Of a stretch of 64,000 nt of DNA, positions 53,144-64,000 are shown piece after piece. Below the pieces are notes generated by a model, which made no database searches, had not been told where the DNA came from, and was given only the letters and a program-made list of their open reading frames with translations. The number at the start of each line of letters is the position of its first letter. Position 1 is the stretch's first letter. Source of the stretch: Phoronis australis (Eukaryota; Animalia; Phoronida); contig NMRA01000100.1 in the NCBI GenBank assembly GCA_002633005.1, positions 765,822 through 829,821 of the forward strand, written 5' to 3'. Made by a program: the position numbers and the translations under genes.

Positions 53144-54548
53144 GATCAAAGTCAGTGTAGATATTGCAAAGCTGATGTCATAGCCAAATACCAGCTAACA
53201 ATGACTGCTTAATTGCAAAATTAGGCTTGAATCAGACAATAAAGAGGAGTGACACAAAGTAAGAGCCTCCTTGATAATTAGTGGGTTTTAAAGGTTTTTA
53301 AATATCAACACAAAGGACAATTAGGACAGTGGTTAGGATAAATTCGTTGCAACAAAGACTTAGCCTACACCATATCTTTGCCTAGACGAATATTAATTTT
53401 GTTAATGTCCTATGTCAAATCCAACCCAGATGAAAAATGTTGGCTAGCTCTGACTTAGAAACAAGTGAGAATATTTGTCATTTAGGATGACAACCAACTA
53501 TGTTTTAACTAATGCATCAGGAAAACTTCTCTAAAAAAATTGCCAACACTGTTCCCCATTCATGACACGCTTCACTGTTCAAAATTAAAGAGCCTACCCC
53601 ACAATACAAATTTTTTATCATAATTTACAAATTGCATCCGAAAGATTTTTTCGAAAATGTCCTGTCCACTGGACCCAATAAGCGATCACAGAGAGGGCCT
53701 TGGGACTTGTTTTCATGAATAACACCCCCTCTATCCAGCCAACTTCATATGGTATTGTGGCACAAGCCAACCACTGTCTAACATGTGTGCACCATACCAC
53801 TGGACCATCATTTCTTTGCAGTGACGGTTACAAGTGGAATTCCATACTACTAATTAGTCAAGAATGTCAGGCAAAATCAGATCAGTTTTTAAATGACAAA
53901 TGTCGTATAATTCTGTTTAGAACTTTCCCCGATCAATTACAACTATACACGTTAATTAAATGGGCGACTCTGAACTCGCTAGGTGGTGCTACTGCATCAA
54001 TGGTCATACCTATAGAAATGCATGCAATTAGGTGGGACCATAACCCTAAAGTCCCCTGTGTTGATGAACAGCGCCATCCAGTGAATACTAAGTCTCCCCT
54101 TCCACAAAGAATACCCAAGCCACCAATGGACTCATTAGAAAGCTCTGAAACAACACTTTATTTTTTTTCAAATCACTTAGTAGATTCATGTCTGTGTGAT
54201 TATTTGTTCCTTTTACAAAACAAGAATAATTTATTTAGGCCAAACCAAAATAAATTTTAAGTCTTATTGTAGCTCCATTACACTGGTCAACATCAGTCAG
54301 TAGACATGTATGGTACACGCCAAAAATAATGGAGCAAAATGACCTGGAACTTCCCCCATCCTAATGGCTGAGTTCAAGCAAAAGTCACCATCACAGTAAC
54401 TACAATGACCCGTCATAACATGGAATTGATATTTTGTCTTTGATTACTTTTGGCATGTACTTTAACAACTGAACATCTCACCATCAGTTACACATACCTC
54501 ACAAGCACACCACTGATAACTGTTTCCAATGTAATGTGTGTCACTTAC

Positions 54549-54799
54549 CTGGCGAAAAACGAGGCAGCGGCCGAGTATCCTCCCTGCGAATAGGGTGACT
54601 TGTAAGAGAGCGGCTGATTGGTCAGAGACGAGCCCGAGCTCATGGTCTGCAGCGGTTTGCGCGTGGCGTGGGGCACATGACGCCAGCGAGGGATACTACT
54701 CTTGGTCTGGTCGCTAGGGGCGTGCATTTCACCGTGGCTACTGTTGCTGTTGTTGTTGCTAGGTTTCTGGTAGTTTGTGTGTGGCGAGCTTTGAAACAT
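54549..54799 (-). CDS. KIF26: KIF26 (kinesin-11) coding exon A, first coding exon recognisable in window (MFQSSPH...SAAASFFAR)
   Basis: tttcag|ATG acceptor, AG|GTAAGT donor; 251 nt, ends phase 2; ends in SAAASFFAR, which joins AAQKLN in the next exon, a motif I recognise from KIF26A/B. Confidence 0.9.
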
Positions 54800-57700
54800 C
54801 TGAAAATAAAAAAGGAAATTGCACTTAAATTTCAAGGCTACCTACCACGGAAAGTGACGTTAATCGCTACTAAAAACCAAACCAGTATATGAACATGTCA
54901 AGATGGTTCATGGACAATAATTCACCAAAATCTCTCAATACCAAATAGCATGAATGCTTCGTTCTTGCCATACTTGCAAATACAAACAAATAATTTGAAG
55001 ATTTGAAATGAAAACAAATGTTTTGGTATAATTATTTGGTGAACAAGATGGAGCAGAGTAAAGGCAGTGAATCATCCGTCATATCAACTCAATCACTAGC
55101 ATAACTCACATTTCACCATATAGCGCTACTCTGCAGCTTCCACTGTTGAAGACTTTAAAATAATACTATGTTGACTGTCGGGAATCTTAAAGAAAATCCA
55201 CTTCTAACTTTACGTCATTGTTAGAATCGTAAAACACAAGACAAGAAAAAAAGGAACTGAGATGACTTCTTCCAAACAATAAGCACGGTGTCCCCAATGA
55301 CAGACGGGCCGAAACTGGTTCCTTATATGTCTCCAATTATAACCTATGACAAGTGGGAAATCTATGCTATTTAAAACACGGAACTATTAATCAAACACAA
55401 ATGACAAGAGTATAATTAACTGAAGTCTCCACATCAGAAAAATGAACAAGCCATTAACACAGATCCCAGTGTCTGTCACCATCTAACACAAGGGTATGTG
55501 ATAGTACTACCTTTTTACAGAAAAAAAATGATTTGCCATTGAGATATAGTGATTTGCATGAACTTCCAATCAGCGAAAGTACCCATTGAGTGATAAGAAA
55601 ACAGCTCGTTTGTGAGCAGATTCTCCATTGTGTTTTTGTCTTAGTTTTGCCGAGGTTCCATCAGATAATTTATTGCTTCCATCATCAATCTGAAATGTAC
55701 GTTCTGGAATTTTTTGAGACGATAATCCAGTTACGGAAATTCCTCACCTATTTACCACACAACATGGCGGACAAAAATTTAATTTTGTTCAATTTCTCAA
55801 CAAAAATAAAGCTTTGTACTGTGTAATCGTAATAAAACAACAAGTGGTAAAGTTTCTATTGTTTGCAACAAATTAATCAACTATTTAAAACTAGAAAAGC
55901 AATCTTTTTGACAATCATTTGTGCGTAAGTAAGCAAAGAATTACAGCAATCATTAATGGCATTTTTAGACAAATACAAGTGAAGCGGGGTAGTGTCTGTA
56001 GAACAAGTATCTTGCAAGGACTATCAGATCACACAAGACCATGCAAAATCCCGCGAGTGAAAGGAGAGAGTTTCATGATACTCTAGACCCTAGCAAAATG
56101 GCGACCACTGAAATGATTCGTTGGTCAAGTTGGAGTGTTGAATTATGGGATAGAATTCCCTGTTTCCGTACCATAAGCCAAGTTTCCTCGCATGCAAAAC
56201 ACTTGTACTGCCATGAAATGGTGTAAAGAATGTAGTGCATCACCTACCGGATAAGTTTTTCTGGAAATCATATTGCTTATTCCCACGGAAATAAATAGTG
56301 CGACAAGCTAGACAACTCCGACTGCTCTTTCTCAAAAGAATGCATCCACTGGTTTTGTCCCGTTGTACCACCACAAGCCACTACACCACATGTGAGTGAT
56401 GGTGCAGTGCAAGAATGCATGTCTACCCTCTGAACCACACCAGCCTCAACAGAGCATCCAATGTTTTAATCAGTCACACAAGCCCTGGTCAGCACGGTGC
56501 CAGGGCATTATTATAATTCATAATTAGCCAGATAATACACGGTCTGGTTCACCATTAATAACATGGGGATATGTCAGTGGTGTTGTGCATATGTTTACAG
56601 CTGCCAATCATAACAAGGGACTACTATACATGAGGTCACAACCTTGCACAAATGTTCCCCCAATAGCCTGGTAAAACAACAGTGGCTGTTGGAGGGGGTG
56701 AAAACCGTGCTCAGCTCAAGCCAGAACTTGTAATAATCTCTAACTCTACCCCGCACCTCTCCAATCCATAACCCCATTTCCTTTTAAGACAGCGCCCATA
56801 AGTAAACTGAATTTTGCTAAAACAACCAATGACAGAACAATATAAACTCCTTCATTTAAGGGACAATATGGCAGATTTCATGTTGTCATTTTCTCACAAC
56901 AAACAAGTATTAGAAGTTTTGCAACATGATTTGTTCTAATGCACTGAACAATCATTTAACAGCAGTACTAAACAACTAACGACCACAAAACCTCACCATT
57001 AAGCTTTTGAACAAAAATAACTACCAAAATTAACCTTTTTCATTTCCAAGGTCTTGTAACATTGTTGCGAATGCCTAGTTTCTTAAAAAATGTCCGATGA
57101 CAACAATCGTATAGAACTTAAAAATGTCAAATCATTTATTTGGTACGACTGGGCTTTTGTGAAAACAGTCACATGTCCACCATATTGTGTCCTAAATTAA
57201 TCAGGCAAATCACAGCCAGGATCCCCAATATTAAATCCAAAACATAGGCAGACTCTTCAACTCGAGCACTTCAACTCCACAAATACAGATGCAAGGAAGG
57301 TTATACTCAATACCCGAATCCAAAATTCAGCAGCAAAGACGAACAATTCACCTTTTGACCAGCAACGATATTAAGAGAAATCGTCAAACCTCAGCTCAAA
57401 CATGTTCAGTAATGCGGCAGGGATCCCTGGGAAAAGTTGGGTCAGATGAAGCAGCAACCGAAGAATGTTATCGTCACATGCTAAGTCTTACAGGACTAGC
57501 CACTAATATTGTCCAATGAACAGGGATGATAAAAGAGGCCCAAAGACATAGAGTCAGATAGTTCAACAATGTTATCTTCTTGGTAATATGATCTGTGGAT
57601 GGTCAGCATTCTTTACAGGTGAGAGGCTAGCTGACAATTTGATTAACTCTCAGGATTGAGTTGGAATTAATTTAACAAAAGGCATTTTGAAAATCTCCAC

Positions 57701-58551
57701 CCCCATGCCAACCTGACTTAATGAAGTCCCCTCCCTAACTTACATAAGGTTGTATAAGATTGCTTCAGGCATGCATTTTGTTGATCATTTCCTCCAGCCA
57801 GTGTCTACATTAATTGTTTAAAATATATAGAAGGGAGAGAAATCAAAATAATAATAAAAAATTATGCAGGGGAAGGGGAATTAAGGGTGGTGGGAGGGTC
57901 ATAGTAGGGCACTCTTTAGCACATTCTAAAGGGTTTTTAAAAATGAAAAACAGCCAATTTTGGCATTGTTTTGTCTGACATTGGTGATATTTTACCGTAT
58001 ATTTGAATGCTTAAGATGGACGTTCCTGTCAAGCACTAGTTTTAAGCAAGACTCTCCGGATTTCTGTTTCGTGAGTAGTGACTTAATACTTTTAAAACCA
58101 AAATATTATTTAGCTTACACCACACACAAGTATTTTTGAAAGAACTGAGCCCCACTTGAGCAAAAATGCCGATTCTAAGAACTTACACATAACTGCTAGA
58201 TACTAGTTCTACTAATTATTTCTAAACTCTGATGCTTTCGTTAGTACTAAGTGTCCGTATTTTTTCAGCAATTGTGAAGACCAAATTTCATGAAGTCACC
58301 TGCATGAAATAGAACCCTGGAACTGAGAAACATTAAGCAAGTTATCTTCTTACATGTTTGTGTGAATTCGGATTTATGGCATAAAACTTACAGAAATATA
58401 CTATACACATTTAAAACGAGTTATAAACACAAATTACTCAAGTTAACATCTAGTATACTTCAGTCACCATGGATAAGGATTCTAAATATGCATCAAAATC
58501 GTAAAACGTCATATAAATTCAAAGGAAACTTATACTTGACTAGAGCATGCA

Positions 58552-58593
58552 TTATAGGGGACTTGATATTACTTATAGGGGACTTGATATTAC
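58552..58593. repeat. Tandem duplication, 2 x 21 bp
   Basis: ttataggggacttgatattac twice, exact. Confidence 0.92.
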
Positions 58594-59997
58594 TAATTTG
58601 TTTTACATACCTTAGTACAATTTAAGTAAAGGTCAATCAAACTTTTGAAGCAATACACAAAAGTCTGATTAATTGAAACAAAGCTTTCTTATTTAAGAGG
58701 TAGTCAAAAGTGTGCTTAATCTTTACTTGTCTTTTATTCAACTCTATGACACTCTTAAAAATGTACAAATATTTGATTTTATAAGAGCACTGGGGAAATT
58801 GTTTTATTACTGTGCATTTTAACGATTTTATCAATTTCATATCATATTTGCATGCTTTAATTGTCCGATTTGTATTAAAATATTCTGTTCAATTCCTATC
58901 AACCGCACCAGTGCAAACAAATCAATAAATGGAAATGATTAGGCTTAAATATCAAACATTTTTAAACAGGCTTTAACCAAAAGCAAATCGGTGTTCACAA
59001 ACAATGGCTATTGATTGGGATAAAATGATCTCACAAATGTCAAGTTAGAATGTTTTTTTCGCTGGCTCAGCAAATAGGGCATTGTCTAGTAATTAGCGTG
59101 CGTCACCACTTTAAGACCTCATTAAGTTGACATAAGTACTGTAGGCCTAATATCCATGAGCGGAGGAATTTCTGTTATTTATTGCTCACCCGGGAAGATC
59201 AAAGGAATCTGGAAAAACTTGAACGTCACTTTGAACAACAGGGAGTGGATTGGCGTAGCTTTTTAACAGCTAATTAAGACTCCTTGATAAGAACCTAGAT
59301 GCAAGCTAGAGAAATGAGACACATAAACATGTAACATGCGCACCAGAAAAGTATGCTTTGAGTGACACCAAGCTCAGAAATATTCGTCATAGCTTCCTGG
59401 AAATCCAGCAGTAGTTCTAATGTAATGCAATTCCTGGGAACAGAGTTTAATAGCATGTTGAGTTGGTAAACTTTCTCTTGATTTAAGAACATGGCAGATT
59501 GTGTAATTGGAATGTTAGGTATGTCAGGAATGAACGGAGTTAAATAAATGTTTGAAATTTCAACAAAATGTAACATTTAAATGGGGAGACTTAATAAACT
59601 GATAATAATCTACAACTCTGAATTAAAGAACAGTGTGGCTAAAAGTTCTTTTAAGAAAAGTAAAATTCCTAAAATTTCAATTATTTGATAGTACTCAAAT
59701 AAACGACTTTATAAACTCGCCTTAACCCGTAATTCTGAATTAAAAAAGTGTAACACCATAATTAAACGTTCATGTTAGATGAACTCCTGTGTTTTTCACA
59801 ATGCCAATTAATTCTTCTTTTTGATGGCTGGTGACATGGCAGAATAGATTTTCAAAATCAATCAATTAAAACATCTCATTTTGTGAGGTCAGCACTTATT
59901 ATTCTAAACATTAAAAGCAAGCAAATGTCCATTTACAAGAAATAATGGGGTTATTCAGAATTTACTGGTGCTTGAAGGACTTTGAAGGAAACTTACG

Positions 59998-60011
59998 GTT
60001 GCCATGGTAAC
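59998..60011. promoter_or_regulatory. RFX X-box motif GTTGCCATGGTAAC
   Basis: Near-perfect match to the palindromic RFX consensus; similar sites at 15940-15953 and 25259-25272. Confidence 0.45.
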
Positions 60012-61767
60012 AAGAAGAGCACCAGGCATGAAAAACAGATGCCTTAAATACGCAATAGGTAAATTCAAGGATGACAAATGCAAATCCCTCAACATTTACA
60101 GCTTGAGACCTGAACTAATCTGAATTCCTCTTACATCAACACATCATTGAAAAACTACATCATAACCATTTCACCAACAGTTTCGAATGACTTTTAGTCG
60201 ATAGATTTACCAGCATATATAGCTGACATAGTATAGCACCACTACATTAGTGCTTTTCAATAACTGTCAAAAGACATTTAGGGATAACACTTTAAATAGA
60301 CAAGCTACCATGTCTTTTATTAAATTAGATCCCATATCAAGAGCAGTATTTACGTCATTTGAGAGGATTTCTAAATGCAGACTTTTTAGGGAATCAATGG
60401 TAAAAAATATCATAGTGGAATCAAAATTTTGTAATATTTGCAAATAAACCTAGTTTAAATGGTATTAGTCTGTGACTTGTACACTTTTGAAGCCATCACA
60501 GGAACTACTTTCAGATACAACAAAGGTGACATTAAGTCGCATAATATGCAAAAAGCCAAATTGTAGCTCAACTTCAACTGGTGACTAAATTCTACCATAC
60601 AGATTTACCAGTACATATGCTTGGCCCTTCAGATAAGTCAGATTTTGCCTTACTCTGTTACAATTCTTGCTCTGGGTGCTCCTATGACATGTGCAAGTTT
60701 TACCACATTCTCAAATGAATAAAAAATACCATTACGAGATTCACAACTCCCAAGGTAAGGTCACCCAAGATCCAAACCAGCCAACAGACTGAAGTATCAA
60801 AACACCCAGAACCACCTGTGAATCCTCTCAATCCAAGCTGATTTCTGTGCATCAACCAGCAAACATGTCCAGTCTTCTATCACAGTGGACACTAACTAAG
60901 TCTGCTAGTCAGTTACATGCCATCTGACCAGCTGACAGCATCAAGGGTGAACCTGCTAATCCATCAGGAACAGTCAGTATTGTACACCTCTTGAAATCCA
61001 TTGTGATTGATAACAAATAGCCTAATTAATTTATAATAGACTGAGACTGAGTAAACACAGGGAATTAGACTTGGATGTGAATTGAGACTCCTGGGTGTCT
61101 CAATGGATTGTTTGCCAGTGGTGCATTGGAAAGCTCTAAGGATTCAGGGGGGGGGTTGGAGAAAGCAGCAGGAGCCTATTAAATATTCAACACTGATATA
61201 TCAATACATGTGTTATCAAGATAAAATGAAATTCATTGTTTGTGTTGCATTACAATATGGTATAATCTCATCAATTTAGGACACAATATGGTCGACATGG
61301 GAAATTTTATTTTCTCCGATAATTTTTTCATGAAAGGCACATAGCACCACTGGAAACCAACGCTTTTCCAAGTTCAAGTTCTACACAATACCACCAGACA
61401 AGGTTTGAAAAATGGTGGCCATTCGCGTTAGATGTCCTTGAAAATGAGAAACAAGGCAATTTTAGAAATTGTTTTTGTTCAAAATTGGTGAGATATTACC
61501 GAACACCAGCATGTAAAGATTTACATTTCATCACCATCAACTTACGCCTACTCTAAATGTACACAACACAGGATTTATGGTTAAAACCTTTTCATTTTTT
61601 CCTTCATTGTTGTGAATGCACAGAATTTCTCAAAATATTGTCTAACGGTAGCTATGATCTCAACAACTAAACAACAAGTAATAAAGCACCTCTTTATAGC
61701 CGCCATATTCTGTGCTTAACTGGTAAGCTTTTACTGAAACCACATATCTTAATCTAAAACTTTGTGG

Positions 61768-61870
61768 ATGCTCAGTAGCCTAGCTGGATAAAATAAACAG
61801 GCTCACTACCGTGAGGATGTGGGGTTCATTTTCACCTGGCAGATCTATTGCTCTCAAGACGCTTGGCAGT
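61768..61870 (+). mobile_element. Degenerate tRNA-derived SINE head
   Basis: A-box-like tagcctagctgg (61776-61787) and decayed B-box ggttcattttc (61823-61833) at tRNA-like spacing. Confidence 0.3.
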
Positions 61871-64000
61871 TTCTTTCGATTTGTTTGTGAGCGCGTCCGT
61901 TCCAAAATTAACTGTGATCATAATGAGCAGGCACAAGATAGAGCCTTAAGACACTACATCAGCTGCCGGTCTTAAAAGAGAAAGCGACCACTTTTGATGT
62001 CACCATCACTAAAATATAAATTCCCGGTGGTAACTTGGCACAAAATTTTCACGCTAATTGCAGTTCTCCTGAACCTTATTTAATATCCATTCAGTAATAG
62101 AATGCAATGCCAAGAGCAGGAGAAAGTCCACATCTTAATTGGTTCTGCACTCACTTCCATTCTGCAAATACAACTGATTGACTGACTATGTTCAATGGTG
62201 AGTCGCAGTAATGCGCTTGCTCAATGGACAGCCAATGTAGAAATAGTTAGGTTGCGGGTCCTTTGTTGCCATTTCCATAGCTTTCTATTGTTGGATGGAG
62301 AGCTGGTAACAGACAGGGGAACAGTATTGCTTCTACAAGATAATGAGGGATGCACCAGGGTCTGTATTTTTAGTAAAGACATTATCAAAAGACGTTGCTT
62401 TCTCTTTTAAAATTGATGTGTACTCCAGTTGACATGAGCACTCTTTTACACACAGCATTCCTTAATACCAGAGTCATAATTACCATGAGTACTGTTACTG
62501 TAATTTCTACTAAATCTACAGAATAAAATTAAACCAGCAAATAGTGAGCAATCATTAATTCCAAGCACTAGAACAAGTAGTTCAGCTACCTGCAGTTAGA
62601 ATATAGAAAAACAGCTGAACCATATGCTAAAAACATGGCACATCTAACTTAACATGGTCTAGAAACAACAATGACATGTTTACTAAAACATTGCCAACAA
62701 CTGCATGCAGATGACATTAATTAGTATTCAAAATAGTACACCAATCAGACAAACTCGCATGTGTGAGAAAAACTGCCAGGCTCATTTCGTCAGTAAACAG
62801 AGTTAATTCGGGTTCACTGCACCACGTTAATTCAGTCCTGACACCTGTGGCATATCAACGGAAGCCAACAGTTGAAGTACTGCAATCCTATTCAAGCCGC
62901 AGACAGCTTAAACATGTGTTTCTTGTGAACGTCAAACACACAGAATTATGATGGAAATTATTGATCTCAAATCAAATGGTTCTCTACGAAAGCAGTTTTA
63001 TAAAAATATCTCAATTCCTCAAACTTATGGCCAACCCCACAGGAGGCAAAAGCAAACCTTCTAAATACCCCAGACCACAGACTCCTGCCATGTATGAGAA
63101 ACGCATAGTACACTTCCATGTCATTCTCTTGCTTGGATGAGAAAAATGCTTTCCAAGCCAATGACCACCAAATGTAAACGGACATGGCAAACAATTAAAA
63201 AGTTGAGGCCTGTGGGTTTGATGGAGCTGTCACATAACATAGCCGTATAGAGAATTGCCTGTGGCTATTCCTGCTTCATTACCTACAGTCTCCACTGTCG
63301 CTAGCACTACAAGAGCTTTGTACGGCAAAACGCATTTTAAACTGGCGACTTCATATTGATGACATCGCTAATTTTCATTTAAAAGTGTCTGTGACCAGCG
63401 GCGCAGTGAACGCAAATTCTGAATTTACAATAACTGAGGTAGCGTCACCAAGAGTTGAGCTGGTCTCTTCCATCTCAGCATTAAAATTTGCAGAAAGATG
63501 TCACTTTTGCAAAGATGACATTCTTTCTCGCAAACCCATTGCTTTGCACTTCATAATAAGCAAAATTGTGGGAATTGTCACAGAATTACGTACAAAACCG
63601 CAAACCAAGAGTGCAACATTACGTCTGAAGTTACTTTTTAAGAAATATCCAAATTGGATGCTTCAATAGCTCTGAGTTTTCATCACTCACAACGAGGGCC
63701 AATCAACAGGGGAGAACAGAACTGACAACAAACAAGCGTGTTGTCTGTTGGGGGCCATCAAGACTATGAATGATGAAACAAGTTGTGTTAAATAGACCAA
63801 CTCAGTTTTAATATGGTACACATAATGTGAGATATTCGGATTCAGCATAACAGTTGCAGCTAGGGCATGGAATCTGCCTCAATTTTTGTTTGATAAGAAT
63901 GGTATATCATAGTTCAATATAATGAATACGCAAACAGTGTAGTTATCCAAAGATACATCTTAAGGTTATATGCAAGAACTTCTGAAGCAATCAAAATGCG

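Noticed and set aside
53700-54260. 186-aa plus-strand ORF
   Set aside because: No recognisable domain; region looks like decayed SINE-like sequence, which also weakens the 53798 and 54010 first-exon candidates
63385-63669. Possible upstream KIF26 exon or separate gene
   Set aside because: No KIF26 N-terminal similarity on either strand and no convincing splice sites

Overview
Eukaryotic (animal) genomic DNA: AT-rich, with CpG-poor introns. It is probably a bilaterian invertebrate such as a lophotrochozoan, but the taxon is inferred. One intron-rich gene on the minus strand dominates the window, a kinesin-11 family member (KIF26A/B, vab-8-like). I reconstructed 12 coding exons by hand (54799 down to 2462). 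All introns are GT-AG with consistent phases, giving 5400 nt, or 1799 aa plus stop. Further 5' exons probably lie upstream or outside the window. The motor domain carries the family's degenerate ATPase motifs. A roughly 1.2 kb 3'UTR ends at an AATAAA near 1274-1279. Downstream lie a Harbinger-like transposon remnant and hAT-like MITE ends, and the introns hold MITEs, SINE heads, micro/minisatellites and a dispersed repeat. The most interesting signal is in the 26.9 kb intron (27624-54548). It holds a series of short ATG-led mini-ORFs ending at splice donors in the phase (2) needed to join the AAQKLN exon, suggesting several alternative first exons giving different N-termini. The enrichment over chance is modest and needs RNA evidence. 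The disordered tail also has many SxIP-like EB-binding motifs. No prokaryotic-type system (CRISPR, operon) is present.
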